From assembly GCA_009914755.4 (NCBI GenBank), contig CP068257.2:1216001-1280000 (forward strand): a stretch of DNA of 64,000 nt, written 5' to 3'. The notes below the pieces were generated by a model. The model was not told the DNA's origin and did not search any database. It saw nothing but the letters and a program-made list of their open reading frames with translations. A program made the position numbers and the translations under genes. This document shows positions 1 to 15,700 of this stretch, in pieces. This DNA is from the human T2T-CHM13v2.0 reference genome, Homo sapiens. The stretch's first letter is position 1. Each line of letters begins with the position of its first letter.

Positions 1-2860
1 TGGAAAGGAATGGAATGGAATGGCATGGAATGGAATGGAATGGAATGGAATGGAATAGAATGAAATAGAAAGGAAAGGAATGGAATCAACACGAGTGGAA
101 TAGAATGGAACGGAATGGAATCAACCCGAGTGGAATGGAATGGAATGGAATGGAATGGAATGGAATAAATCCGGGTGGAGTGGAATGGAATGTAATGGAG
201 TGGAATGTAAAGGAATTTAGTGGAATGGAATGGAATGGAATCAACACGAATGGAATGGAAAGGAATGGAATGAGATGGGATGGATTGGAATGGAATGGAA
301 GTTAATCAACACGAATTGAATGGAACGGAATGGAATGGAATGGAATGGAATGGAATGGAATGGAATGGAATGAAATAAACCCGAGTGGAATGGAACGGAA
401 TGGAATGGAATGAAATGGAATGGAATGGAATGGAATGGAATGAAATCAACCCGAGTGGAATGGAACGGAATGGAATGGAATGGAAAGGAATGAATGGAAT
501 GGAATGGTGTAGAATCAACACGAGAGGAATGGAATGGAATGGAAAGGAACAGAACGGAATGGAAAGGAATGGAATGGAATGAACGCGAATGGAATGGAAA
601 GGATTGGAATGGAATGGAATGGAATCAACCCGAGCGGAAAGGAATGGAATGGAATGGAATGGAATGGAATGGAATGGAATGGAATCAACCCGAATGGAAT
701 GGAACGGAATGGAATGGAAAGGAATGTTATGGAATGGAATGGAATCAACACGAATAGGATGGCATTGAATTGAATGGAAAGGAATGGAATGGAATGGAAT
801 GGAATGGAATGGAATGGAGTCAACCCAAGTGCAATGGAATGGAATGGAATGCAATGGAATCCACCCGAGTGGAATTGAATGGAATGGAATGGAATGGAAT
901 GGAATGGAATGGAGTGGAATCGAACGGAATGGAGTGGAATGCAATAAACACCAGGGGAATGAAATGGATTGGAATGAAATGGAATGGAATGGAATGGAAT
1001 GGAATGGAATTGAATGGAATGAAATCAAACCGAGTGGAATGGAACGAAATGGAATGGAATGGAAAGGAATGAATGGAATGGAATGGGGTGGAATCAACAC
1101 GAGAGGAATGGAATGGAATGGAATGGAACGGAACGGAATGGAAAGGAATGGAATGGAATGAACCCGAATGGAATGGAATGGATTGGAATGGAATGGAATG
1201 GAATCAACTCTAGCGGAAAGGAATGGAATGGAATGGAGTGGAATGGAATGGAATGGAATGGAATAGAATGGAATGGAGTGGAATGTAATGTAACGGAATG
1301 GAATGGAATGGAATGGAATCAACACGAATGGAATGGAACGGAATGGAATGGGATGGAATGGAATGGAATGGAATTTAATCAACACGAATGGAATGGAAAG
1401 GAATGGAATGGAATGGCATGGAATGGAATGGAATGGAATGGAATGGAATAGAATGAAATAGAAAGGAAAGGAATGGAATCAACACGAGTGGAATAGAATG
1501 GAATGGAATGGAATCAACCCGAGTGGAATGGAATGGAATGGAATGGAATGGAATGGAATGGAATAAATCCGGGTGGAGTGGAATGGAATGTAATGGAGTG
1601 GAATGTAAAGGAATTTAGTGGAATGGAATGGAATGGAATCAACACGAATGGAATGGAACGGAATGGAATGAGATGGGATGGAATGGAATGGAATGGAAGT
1701 TAATCAACACGAATTGAATGGAACGGAATGGAATGGAATGGAATGGAATGGAATGGAATGAAATAAACCCGAGTGAAATGGAACGGAATGGAATGGAATG
1801 AAATGGAATGGAATGGAATGGAATGGAATGGAACGGAATGGAATGGAATGGAATGGAATGAAATCAACCCGAGTGGAATGGAACGGAATGGAATGGAATG
1901 GAAAGGAATGAATGGAATGGAATGGTGTAGAATCAACACGAGAGGAACGGAATGGAATGGAAAGGAACGGAACGGAATGGAAAGGAATGGAATGGAATGA
2001 ACGCGAATGGAATGGAATGGATTGGAATGGAATGGAATGGAATCAACCCGAGCGGAAAGGAATGGAATGGAATGGAATGGAATGGAATGGAATGGAATGG
2101 AATCAACACGAATGGAATGGAATGGAACGGAATGGGATGGGATGGAATGGAATGGAATGGAACTTAACCAACACGAATGGAAAGTAATGGAATGGAATGA
2201 ACCCGAATGGAATGGAATGAACCCGAATGGAATGGAATGGATTGGAATGCAATGGAATGGAATCAACCTGAGAGGATAGGAATGGAATGGAATGGAGTGG
2301 AATGGAATGGAACGGAATGGAATGGAATGGAATGGAATCAAAACGAATGGAATAGAACGGAATGGAATGGGATGGGATGGAATGGAATGGAATGGAAGTT
2401 AATCAACACGAATGTAATGGAACGGAATGGAATGGAATGGAATGGAATGGAATGAACCCGAATTGAATGGAATGGATAGGAATGGAATGGAATGGAATCA
2501 ACACGAGCGGAAAGGAATGGAATGGAATGGAGTGGAATGGAATGTAATGGAATGGAATGGAATGGAATGGAATCAACACGAATGGAATGGAACGGAATGG
2601 AATGGGATGGGATGGAATGGAATGGAATGGAAGTTAATCAACACGAATGGAATGGAACGGAATGGAAAGGAATGGAATGGATCGGAATGGAACCCAATGG
2701 AATCAACTGGAATGGAATGGAATGGAATGGAATGGAATGGAATGAATGGAATAAACCCGGGTGGAGTAGAATGGAATGGAATTTTGTGGAATGGAATGGA
2801 ATGGAATGGAATGGAATGGAATGGAATGGAATGGAATGAAATGGATTGGATCGGAATGGA
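1..2860 (+). repeat. HSat3 local tandem duplication, ~1.4-kb period (about two copies)
   Basis: Sequence at 1-120 (ggaaaggaatggaatggaatggcatggaatgg…tagaatgaaatagaaaggaaaggaatggaatcaacacgagtggaatagaatgg) recurs at ~1396-1500. The ORF at 105..305 is 65/66 aa identical to the ORF at 1503..1703 (offset 1398). The aagttaatcaacacgaattgaatgg marker sits at ~300 and ~1700. Confidence 0.55.
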
Positions 2861-2869
2861 ATCCAATGG

Positions 2870-5800
2870 AATCAACTGGAATGGAATGGAATGGAATGGA
2901 ATTCAATGGAATGCAATGGAATAAATACGGGTGGAGTGGAATGGAATGAAATGGAGTGGAATGGAATGGAATTTAGTGGAATGGAATGGAATGGAATGGA
3001 ATGGAATTGAATGGAATGGAATAAACCCGAATGGAATGGAACGGAATGGAATGGAAAGGAATGGAATGGAATGCAATGGAATGGAATGGAATGGAATGGA
3101 ATGAAATCAACCCGAGTGGAATGGAACGGAATGGAATGGAATGGAAAGGAAAGAATGGAATGGAATGGTGTGGAATCAACATGAGAGGAATGGAATGGAA
3201 TGGAATGGAACGGAATGGAATGCAAAGGAATGGAATGGAATGAACGCGAATGGAATGGAATGCAGTGGAATGGAATGGAATGGAATGGAATGGAATGGAA
3301 TGGAATCAACACGAATGGAATGGAACGGAACGGAATGGGATGGGATGGATTGGAATGGAATGGAACTTAATCAACACGAATGGAAAGTAATGGAATGGAA
3401 TGAACTCGAATGGAATGGAATGGATTGGAATGCAATGGAATGGAATCAAGCTGAGAGGAAAGGAATGGAATGGAATGGAGTGGAATGGAATGGAATGGAA
3501 TGGAATGGAATGGAATTGAATGGAATCAACACGAATGGAATGGAACGGAATGGAATGGGATGGGATGGAATGGAATGGAATGGAAGTTAATCAACACGAA
3601 TGGAATGGAACGGAATTGAATGGAATGGAATGGAATGGAATGAAATGGAATGGAATGGAATGAAATGAAAGGGAAAGGAACGGAATGGAATCAACACGAG
3701 TGGAATGGAATGGAACGGAATGGAATCAACCCGAGTGGAATAAAATGGAATGTAATGAAATGGGATGGAGAGGAATCAACACGAGTGGAATGGAATGGAA
3801 TGGAATGAAATGGAATGGATCGGAATGGAATCCAATGGAATCAACTGGAATGGAATGGAATGGAATGGAATGGAATAGAATGGAATGGAATGGAAAGGAA
3901 TGGAATAAATCCTGGTGGAGTGGAATGGAATGTAATGGAGTGGAATGTAATGGAATTTTGTGGAATGGAATGGAGTGGAATGAAATGGATTGGATCGGAA
4001 TGGAATCCAATGGAATCAGATGGAATGGAATGGAATGGAATGGAATGGAATGGAATGGAATGGAATAAATCCGGGTGGAGTGGAATGGAATGAAATGGAG
4101 TGGAATGGAATGGAATTTATTGGAATGCAATGGAACGGAATGGAATGGAATGGAATGGAATGGAATCAAACCGAATGGAATGGAACGGAATGGAATGGAA
4201 TGGAATGGAATCAAACCGAATGGAATGGAACGGAATGGAATGGAAAGGAATGGAAAGGAATGGAATGGAATGGAATGGAACGGAATGGAATCAACCCGAA
4301 TGGGATGGCATGGAATTGAATTGAATGGAATGGAATGCAATGGAATGGAATGAAACCGAATGGAAAGGAATGGATTGGAATGGAATGGAATGGAATCAAC
4401 CTGAGCGGAATGGAATTGAATGGAATGGAGTGGAATGGAATATAATGGAATGGAATGGAAAGGAATGGAATCAACACGAATGGAATGGAACGGAATGGAA
4501 TGGGATGGGATGGAATGGAATCGAATGGATGATAATCAACACGAATGTAATGGAACGGAATGGAATGGAATGGAATGGAATGAACCCGAATGGAATGGAA
4601 TGGATTGGAATGGAATGGAATGAAATGGAATGGATCGAAATGGAATACAATGGAATCAACTGGAATGGAATGGAATGGAATGGAATGGATCGAAATGGAA
4701 TACAATGGAATCAACTGGAATGGAATGGAATGGAATGGAATGGAATGGAATGAAATGGATTGGATCGGAATGGAATCCAATGGAATCAACTGGAATGGAA
4801 TGGAATGGAATGGAATTCAATGGAATGCAATGGAATAAATACGGGTGGAGTGGAATGGAATGAAATGGAGTGGAATGGAATGGAATTTAGTGGAATGGAA
4901 TGGAATGGAATGGAATGGAATTGAATGGAATGGAATAAACCCGAATGGAATGGAACGGAATGGAATGGAAAGGAATGGAATGGAATGCAATGGAATGGAA
5001 TGGAATGGAATGGAATGAAATCAACCCGAGTGGAATGGAACGGAATGGAATGGAATGGAAAGGAAAGAATGGAATGGAATGGTGTGGAATCAACATGAGA
5101 GGAATGGAATGGAATGGAATGGAACGGAATGGAATGCAAAGGAATGGAATGGAATGAACGCGAATGGAATGGAATGCAGTGGAATGGAATGGAATGGAAT
5201 GGAATGGAATGGAATCAACACGAATGGAATGGAACGGAACGGAATGGGATGGGATGGAATGGAATGGAATGGAACTTAATCAACACGAATGGAAAGTAAT
5301 GGAATGGAATGAACTCGAATGGAATGGAATGGATTGGAATGCAATGGAATGGAATCAAGCTGAGAGGAAAGGAATGGAATGGAATGGAGTGGAATGGAAT
5401 GGAATGGAATGGAATGGAATGGAATTGAATGGAATCAACACGAATGGAATGGAACGGAATGGAATGGGATGGGATGGAATGGAATGGAATGGAAGTTAAT
5501 CAACACGAATGGAATGGAACGGAATTGAATAGAATGGAATGGAATGGAATGAAATGGAATGGAATGGAATGAAATGAAAGGGAAAGGAACGGAATGGAAT
5601 CAACACGAGTGGAATGGAATGGAACGGAATGGAATCAACCAGAGTGGAATAAAATGGAATGTAATGAAATGGGATGGAGAGGAATCAACACGAGTGGAAT
5701 GGAATGGAATGGAATGAAATGGAATGGATCGGAATGGAATCCAATGGAATCAACTGGAATGGAATGGAATGGAATGGAATGGAATAGAATGGAATGGAAT

Positions 5801-6700
5801 GGAAAGGAATGGAATAAATCCTGGTGGAGTGGAATGGAATGTAATGGAGTGGAATGTAATGGAATTTTGTGGAATGGAATGGAGTGGAATGAAATGGATT
5901 GGATCGGAATGGAATCCAATGGAATCAGATGGAATGGAATGGAATGGAATGGAATGGAATGGAATGGAATAAATCCGGGTGGAGTGGAATGGAATGAAAT
6001 GGAGTGGAATGGAATGGAATTTATTGGAATGCAATGGAACGGAATGGAATGGAATGGAATGGAATGGAATCAAACCGAATGGAATGGAACGGAATGGAAT
6101 GGAATGGAATGGAATCAAACCGAATGGAATGGAACGGAATGGAATGGAAAGGAATGGAAAGGAATGGAATGGAATGGAATGGAACGGAATGGAATCAACC
6201 CGAATGGGATGGCATGGAATTGAATTGAATGGAATGGAATGCAATGGAATGGAATGAAACCGAATGGAAAGGAATGGATTGGAATGGAATGGAATGGAAT
6301 CAACCTGAGCGGAATGGAATTGAATGGAATGGAGTGGAATGGAATATAATGGAATGGAATGGAAAGGAATGGAATCAACACGAATGGAATGGAACGGAAT
6401 GGAATGGGATGGGATGGAATGGAATCGAATGGATGATAATCAACACGAATGTAATGGAACGGAATGGAATGGAATGGAATGGAATGAACCCGAATGGAAT
6501 GGAATGGATTGGAATGGAATGGAATGAAATGGAATGGATCGAAATGGAATACAATGGAATCAACTGGAATGGAATGGAATGGAATGGAATGGAATGGAAT
6601 GGAATGAAATGCATTGGATCGGAATGGAATCCAATGGAATCAACTGGAATGGAATGGAATGGAATGGAATGGAATGGAATGGAGTGGAATGGAATGGAAT
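2870..6700 (+). repeat. HSat3 tandem duplication / HOR, ~1.90-1.91-kb period (two copies, high identity)
   Basis: Identical or near-identical ORF pairs at constant offset 1904-1914: 2973..3182 vs 4887..5096, 3031..3243 vs 4945..5157, 3685.. vs 5594.., 4075..4353 vs 5979..6257, 4325.. vs 6229... Confidence 0.7.
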
Positions 6701-9700
6701 GGAATGGAATGGAATGGAATGGAATAAATCCGGTTGGAGTGGAATGGAATGTAATGGAGTGGAATGTAATGGAATTTTGTGGAATGGAATGGAATGGAAT
6801 GCAATGGAATGGAATGAAATGGATTGGATCGGAATGGAATCCATTGGAATCAACTGGAATGGAAAGGAATGGGAAGGAATGGAATGGAATGGAGTGGAAT
6901 GGAATGGAATGGAATGGAATGGAATGGAAAGGAATAAATCCGGGTGGAGTGGAATGGAATGAAATGGAGTGGAATGGAATGGAATTTAGTGGAATGGAAT
7001 GGAATGGAATGGAATGGAATCAACCCGAATGGAATGGAACGGAATGGAATGGAAAGGAATGGAATGGAATGAAATGGATTGGATCGGAATGGAATCCAAT
7101 GGAATCAACTGGAATGGAATGGAATGGAATGGAATGGAATGGAATGGAATGGAATAAATCCGGGTGGAGTGGAATGGAATGAAATGGAGTGGAATGGAAT
7201 GGAATTTATTGGAATGGAATGGAACGGACTGGAATGGAATGGAATGGAATCAAACCGAATACAATGGAATGGAATGGAATGGAATGGAAAGGAATGGAAT
7301 GGAATGGAATGGAATGGAATGGAATGGAATGGAATCAACCCGAATGGGATGGCATGGAAATGAATTGAATGGAATGGAATGGAAAGGTATGGAATGAAAC
7401 CTAATGGAAAGTAATGGATTGGAATGGAATGGAATGGAATCAACCCGAGCGGAACGGAATTGAATGGAATGGAGTGGAATGGAATATAATGGAATGGAAT
7501 GGAAAGGAATGGAATCAACACGAATGGAATGGAACGAAATGGAATGGGATGGGATGGAATGGAATGGAATGGAAGTTAATCAACACGAATGGAATGGAAC
7601 GGAATGGAATGGAATGGAATGGAATGGAATGGAATGGAATGAAATGGAAAGGAATGGAATGGAATCAACACGAGTGGAATGGAATGGAACGGAATGGAAT
7701 CAACCCGAGTGGAATGAAATGGAATGTAGTGCAATGGGATGGAGGGGAATCAACCCGAGTGGAATTGAATGGAATGGAATGGAATGGAATGGAATGAAAT
7801 GGAATGGATCGGAATGGAACCCAATGGAATCAACTGGAATGGAATGGAAGGGAATGGAATGGAATGGAATGGAATGGAAGGGAATGTAATGGAATGGAAT
7901 GGAATGGAATGGAATGGAATGAATCCGGGTGGAGTGGAATGGAATGGAATGGAGTGGAATATAATGGAATTTTGTGTAATGGAATGGAATGGAATGGAAT
8001 GGAATGGAACGGAATGGAATGGAATGAAATGGATTGGATCGGAATGGAATCTAATGGAATCAACTGGAATGGAATGGAATGGAATGGAACTCAATGGAAT
8101 GGAATGGAATAAATTCGGGTGGAGTGGAATAGAATGAAATGGAGTGGAATGCAATCGAATTTAGTGGAATGGAATGGGATGGAATGGAATGGAATTGAAT
8201 GGCATGGTATCAACCCGAATGGAATGGAACGGAATGGAATGGAAAGGAATGGAATGGAATGGAATGGAATGGAATGGAATGGAATGGAATGGAATCAACA
8301 CAAATGGGATGGCATGGAATTGAATGGAATGGAATGGAATGGAATGGAATGGAATCAACCCAAGTGCAATGGAATGGAATGGAATGCAATGGAATCCACC
8401 CGAGTGGAATGGAATGGAATGGAATGGCCTGGAATGGAATGGAATGGAATGGAATGGAATGGAGTGGAGTGGAATTGAACGAAATGGAGTGGAATGCAAT
8501 AAACACCAGGGGAATGAAATGCATTGGAATGAAATGGAATGGAATGGAATGGAATGGAATGAAATCAACCCGAGTGGAATGGAATGGAATGGAAAGGAAT
8601 GAATGGAATGGTATGGGGTGGAATCAACATGAGAGGAATGGAATGGAATGGAATGGAACGGAATGGAATGGAAAGGAATGGAATGGAATGAACCCGAATG
8701 GAATGGAATGGATTTGAATGGAATGGAATGGAATCAACCCGAGCGGAAAGGAATGGAATGGAATGGAGTGGAATGGAAAGTAATGGAATTGAATGGAATG
8801 GAATGGAATCAACACGAATGGATTGGAACGGAATGGAATGGGATGGGATGGAATGGAATGGAATGGAAGTTAATCAACACGAATGGAATGGAAAGGAATG
8901 GAATGGAATGGCATGGAATGCAATGGAATTGATTGGAATGGAATAGAATGAAATGGAAAGGAAAGGAATGGAATCAACACGAGTGGAATGGAATGGAACG
9001 GAATGGAATCAACCCGAGTGGAATGAAATGGAATGTAATGCAATGGGATGGAGTGGAATCAACCCGATTGGAATGGAATGGAATGGAATGCAATGGAATG
9101 GAATGAAATGGAATGGATCAGAATGGAATCCAATGGAATCAACTGGAATGGAATGGAATGGAATGGAATGGAATAAATCCGGGTGGAGTGGAATGGAATG
9201 GAATGGAGTGGAATGGAATGGAATGGAGTGGAATGGAATGGAATTTAGTGGAATGGAATGGAATGGAATGCAATGGAATGGAATGGAATGGAATGGAATG
9301 AAATGGATTGGATTGGAATGGAATACAAAGGAATCAACTGGAATGGAATGAAATGCAATGCAATGGAAGGGAATGGAATGGAATGGAATTAATCCGGTTG
9401 GAGTGGAATGCAATGTAATGGAGTAGAATGGAGTGGAATTTAGTGGAATGGAATGGAATGGAATGGAATGGAATGGAATGGACCCGAATGGAGTGGAATG
9501 GATTGGAATGGAATGGAATGTAATCAACCCGAGCGGAAAGGAATTAAATGGAATGGAGTGGAATGGAATATAATGGAATGGAATGGAAAGGAATGGAATC
9601 AACACGAATGGAATGCAACGGAATGGAATGAGATGGGATGGAATGGAATGGAATGGAAGTTAATCAACACGAATGGAATGCAACGGAATGGAATGGAATG

Positions 9701-12700
9701 GAATGGAATGAACCCGAATGGAATTGAATGGATTGGAATGCAATGGAATGGAATCAACCCGAGCGGAAAGGATTGGAATGGAATGGAGTGGAATGTAATG
9801 TAATGGAATGGAATGGAATGGAATGGAATCAACACGAATGGAATGGAACGGAATGGAATGGTATGGGATGGATTGGAATGGAATGGAAGTCAATCAACAC
9901 GAATGGAATGGAACGGAATGGAATGGAATGGAATGCAATGGAATGGAATGGAATGGAATGAAATGGAAAGGAAAGGAAAGGAATCAACACGAGTGGAATG
10001 GAATGGAACGGAATGGAATCAACCCGAGTGGAATGAAATGGAATGTAGTGCAATGGGATGGAGTGGAATCAACCCGAGTGGAATGGAATGGAATGGAATG
10101 GAATGGAATGGAATGGAATGGAAAGGAATGAAATGAAATGGATTGGATCGGAATGGAATCCAATCGAATTAACTGGAATGGAATGGAATGGAATGGAATG
10201 GAATGGAATGGAATAAATCCGGGTGGAGTGGAATGGAATGGAATGGAGTGGAATGGAATGGAATTTTGTGGGATGGAATGGAATGGAATGGAATGCAACG
10301 GAATGGAATCAACCGGAATGGGATGGCATGGAATGGAATTGAGTGGAATGGAATGGAATGGAATAGAATGGAATCAAATCAAGTGCAATGGAATGGAATG
10401 GAATGCAATGGAATCCACCGGAGTGGAATGGAATGGAATGGAATGGAATGGAATGGAATGGAGTGGAATGGAACGGAATGGAATGGAATGGAACGGAATG
10501 GAATGGAATGAACCCGAATGGAATGGAATGGAATTAACCCGAATGGAATGGAATGGATTGGAATGGAATGGAATGGAATCAACCTGAGCGGAAAGGAATG
10601 GAATGGAATGGAGTGGAATGTAATGTAATGGAATGGAATTTAATGGAATGGAATCAACACGAATGGAATGGAACGGAATGGAATGGGATGGGATGGAATG
10701 GAATGGAATGGAAGTTAATCAACACGAATGGAATGGAACGGAATGGAATGGAATGGAATGGAATGGAATGGAATGGAATGGAATGGAATGGAATGGAATG
10801 AAATGGAAAGGAACGGAATGGAATCAACACGAGTGGAATGGAATGGAACGGAATGGAATCAACCCGAGTGGAATTAAATGGAATGTAATGCAATGGAATG
10901 GAGGGGAATCAACCCGAGTGGAATGGAATGGAATGGAATGGAATGGAATGGAATGGAATGGAATGAAATGAAATGGAATGGATCAGAATGGAATCCAATG
11001 GAATCAACTGGAATGGAATGGAAAGGAATGGAATGGAATAAATCCGGTTGGAGTGGAATGGAATGTAATGGAGTGGAATGTAATGGAATTTTGTGGAATG
11101 GAATGGAATGGAATGCAATCGAATGGAATGAACTGGAATGGAATGGAATGGAAAGGAATGGAATGGAATGGAGTGGAATGGAATGGAATGGAATGGAATG
11201 GAATGGAATCAACCCGAATGGAATGGAACGGAATGGAATGGAAAGGAATGTTATGGAATGGAATGGAATCAACACGAATAGGATGGCATTGAATTGAATG
11301 GAAAGGAATGGAATGGAATGGAATGGAATGGAATGGAATGGAATGGAGTCAACCCAAGTGCAATGGAATGGAATGGAATGCAATGGAATCCACCCAAGTG
11401 GAATTGAATGGAATGGAATGGAATAGAATGGAATGGAGTGGAATCGAACGGAATGGAGTGGAATGCAATAAACACCAGGGGAATGAAATGGATTGGAATG
11501 AAATGGAATGGAATGGAATGGAATGGAATGGAATGGAATGGAGTGGAATGGAATTGAATGTAATGAAATCAACCCGAGTGGAATGGAACGGAATGGAATG
11601 GAATGGAAAGGAATGAATGGAATGGAATGGGGTGGAATCAACACGAGAGGAATGGAATGGAATGGAATGGAATGGAATGGAATGGAACGGAATGGAATGG
11701 AAAGGAATGGAATGGAATGAACCCGAATGGAATGGAATGGATTGGAATGGAATGGAATGGAATCAACCCTAGCGGAAAGGAATGCAATGGAATGGAGTGG
11801 AATAGAATGTAATGGAATGGAATGGAATGGAATGGAATCAACACGAATGGAATGGAACGGAATAGAATGGTATGGGTTGGAATGGAATGGAATGGAATTT
11901 AATCAACACGAATGGAATGGAAAGGAATGGAATGGAATGGCATGGAATGGAATGGAATGGAATGGAATGGAATAGAATGAAATAGAAAGGAATGGAATGG
12001 AAGCAACACGAGTGGAATGGAATTGAACAGAATGGAATCAACCCGAGTGGAATGAAATGGAATGTAATGCAATGGGATGGAGTGGAATCAACCCGAGTGG
12101 AATGGAATGGAATGGAATGGAATGGAATGAAATGGAATGGATCAGAATGGAATCCAACGGAATCAACTGGAAAGGAATGGAATGTAATGAAATGGAATGG
12201 AATAAATCCGGGTGGAGTGGAATGGAATGTAATGGAGTGGAATGGAATGGAATTTAGTGGAATGGAATGGAATGGAATCAACACGAATGGAATGGAACGG
12301 AATGGAATGAGATGGGATGGAATGGAATGGAATGGAAGTTAATCAACACGAATGGAATGGAATGGAATGGAATGGGATGGAATGGAATGGAATGAAATGG
12401 AAAGGAACGGAATGGAATCAACACGAGTGATATGGAATGGAACGGAATGGAATCAACGCGAGAAGAATGAAATGGAATGCAATGCAATGAGATGCAGTGG
12501 AATAAACCGGAGTGGAATGGAATGGAATGGAATGGAAAGGAATGGAATGAAATGGAATGGATCGGAATGGAATCCAATGGAATCAACTGGAGTGGAATGG
12601 AATGGAATGGAATGGAATAGAATGGAATGGAATGGAATGGAATAAATCAGGGTGGAGTGGAATGGAATGTAATGGAGTGGAATGTAATGGAATTTAGTGG

Positions 12701-15700
12701 AATGGAATGGAATGGAATGGAATGGAATGGAATGAAATGAAATGGATTGGATCCGAATGGAATCCAATGGAATCAACTGGAATGGAATGGAATGGAATGG
12801 AATAAATCCGGGTGGAGTGGAATGGAATGTAATGGAGTGTAATGGAATGGAATGGAATGGAATGGAATGAACCCGAATGGAATGGAATGGATTGCAATGG
12901 AATGGAATGGAATGGTATGGAATGGATCAGAATGGAATCCAATGGAATCAACTGGAATGGAATGAAAGGAATGGAATGGAATCTAATAAATCCGGGTGGA
13001 GTGGAATGGAATGTAATGGAGTGGAGTGGAATGGAATGTAATGGAGTGGAATGTAATGGAATTTAGTGGAATGGAATGGAACGGAATGGAATGGAATGGA
13101 ATGGAATCAACACGAATGGAATGGACCGGAATGGAATGGGATGGGATGGTATGGAAAGGAATGGAAGTTAATCAATACGAATGGAATGGAACGGAATGGA
13201 ATGGAATGGAATGGAATGGAATGGAATGGACTCGAATGGAATGGAATGGATTGGAATGGAATGGAATGGTATCAACATGAGCGGAAAGTAATGGAATGGA
13301 ATGGAGTGGAATGGAATGCAATGGAATGGAATGGAATGGAATGGAATCAACACTAATGGAATGGAATGGAATGGAATGGGATGGGATGGAATGGAATGGA
13401 ATGGAAGTTAATCAACACGAATGGAATGGAATGGAATGGAATCGAATGGAATGGAATGGAATGGAATGAACCCGAATGTAATGGAATGGATTGGAATGGA
13501 ATGGAATGGAATCAACCCGAGTAGAAGGGAATGGAATGGAATCGAGTGGAATGGAATGTAATTTAATGGAATGGAATGGAATGGAATGGAATCAACCTGA
13601 GCGGAAAGGATTGTAATGGAATGGAATGGAATGGAATTGAATGGAATGGAATGGAATCAACACGAATGGAATGGAACGGAATGGAATGGAATGGAATGGA
13701 ATGGAAAGGAATGGAATGGAATAAACACGAGTGGAATGGAATGGAACGGAATGGAATCAACCCGAGTGGAATGAAATGGAATGTAGTGCAATGGGTTGGA
13801 GGGGAATCAACCCGAGTGGAATTGAATGGAATTGAATGGAATGGAATGGAATGAAATGGAATGGATCGGAATGGAACCCAATGGAATCAACTGGAATGGA
13901 ATGGAATGGAATAGAATGGAATGGAATGGAATGGAATGGAATGGAATTGAATGGAATGGAATAAATCCGGGTGGAGTGGAATGGAATAGAATGGAGTGGA
14001 ATGTAATGGAATTTTGTGGAATGGAGTGGAATATAATGGAATTTTGTGGAATGGAATGGAATGGAATGGAATGGAATGGAATGGAATGAAATGGATTGGA
14101 TCGGAATGGAATCCAATGGAATCAACTGGAATGGAATGGAATGGAATGGAATTCAATGGAATGGAATGGAATAAATCCGGGTGGAGTGGAATGGAATGAA
14201 ATGGAGTGAAATGGAATGGAATTTATTGGAATGGAATGGAAAGGAATGGAATGGAATGGAATGGAATTGAATGGAATGGAATCAACCCGAATGGAATGGA
14301 ATGGAATGGAATGGAAAGGAATGGAATGGCATGGAATGGAATGGAATGGAATGGAATGGAATGGAATCAACACGAATGGGATGGCATGGAATTGAATTGA
14401 ATCGAATGGAATGGAATGGAATGGAATGGATTGGAATGGAATCAACCACAATTTAATGGAATGGAATGGAATGGAGTGGACTGGAATGGAATGTAACGGA
14501 ATGGTATGGAATGGAATCAACACGAATGGAATGGAAAGGAATGGAATGGGATGGGATGGACTGGAATGGAATGGAAGTTAATCAACACGAATGGAATGGA
14601 ACGGAATGGAATCGAATGGAATGGAACGGAATGGAATGAAACCGAATGGAATGGAATGGATTGGAATGGAATGGAATGGAATCAATCTGAGCGGAAAGGA
14701 ATTGAATGGAACGGAGTGGAATGGAATATAATGGAATGGAATGGAAAGGAATGGAATCAACAAGAATGGAATGGAACGGAATGGAATGGGATGGGATGGA
14801 ATGGAATGGAATGGAAGTTAATCAACACGAATGGAATGGGACGGAATGGAATGGAATGGAATGGAATGGAATGAACCCGAATGGAATGGAATGGATTGGT
14901 ATGGAATGGAATGGAATCAACCCGAGCGGAAAAGATTGGAATGGAATGGAGTGGAATGGAATGTAATGGAATGGAATGGAATGGAATGGAATCAAAACGA
15001 ATGGAATGGAACTGAATGGAATGGTATGGGATGGAATGGAATGGAATGGAATGGAAGTTAATCAACACGAATAGAATGGAATGGAATGGAATGGAATGGA
15101 ATGAAATGGAAAGGAACGGAATGGAATCAACACGAGTGGAATGGAGTGGAATGGAATGGAATCAACCCGAGTGGAATGAAATGGAATGTAGTGCAATGGG
15201 ATGGAGAGGAATCAACCCGAGTGGAATGGAATGGAATGGAATGGAATAAATCCGGGTGGAGTGGAATGGAATGTAATGGAGTGGAATGTAATGGAATTTA
15301 GTGGAATGGAATGGAATGGAATGGAATGGAATGAAATGGATTAGATCGGAATGGAATCCAATGGAATCAACTGGAATGGAATGGAATGGAATGGAATGGA
15401 ATAAATCCGGGTGGAGTGGCATGGAATGTAATGGAGTGGAATGGAATGGAATTTAGTGGGATGGAATGGAATGGAATGGAATGGAATGGAATCAACCGGA
15501 ATGGGATGGCATGGAACGGAATTGAGTGGAATGGAATGGAATGGAGTGGAATGGAACGGAATGGAGTGGAATGGAATAAACACCAGGGGAATGAAACGGA
15601 TTGGAATGAAATGGAATGGAATGGAATGAAGTCAACACGAGTGGAATGGAAAGGAATGGAATGGAATGGAAAGGAATGAATGGAATGGAATGGTGTGGAA

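Noticed and set aside
306-1385. Long minus-strand ORF (359 aa, MLIKFHSIPFHPIPF…) and the many 60-170 aa MEWNG… ORFs across 1-25 kb
   Set aside because: The peptides are strictly periodic translations of the ATTCC/GGAAT pentamer (IPFHS / MEWNG). They are open in several frames at once, have no start context and no domain-like complexity. They are artefacts of low-complexity repeats.
2680-2710. Short inverted repeat attggatcggaatggaatccaat recurring ~25 times in HSat3, as a possible protein-binding palindrome or regulatory hairpin
   Set aside because: It is a 6-bp arm inverted repeat arising from the ATTCC/GGAAT self-complementarity inherent to this satellite. GGAAT repeats are already known to form hairpins. 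I see no evidence that it is a discrete regulatory site.
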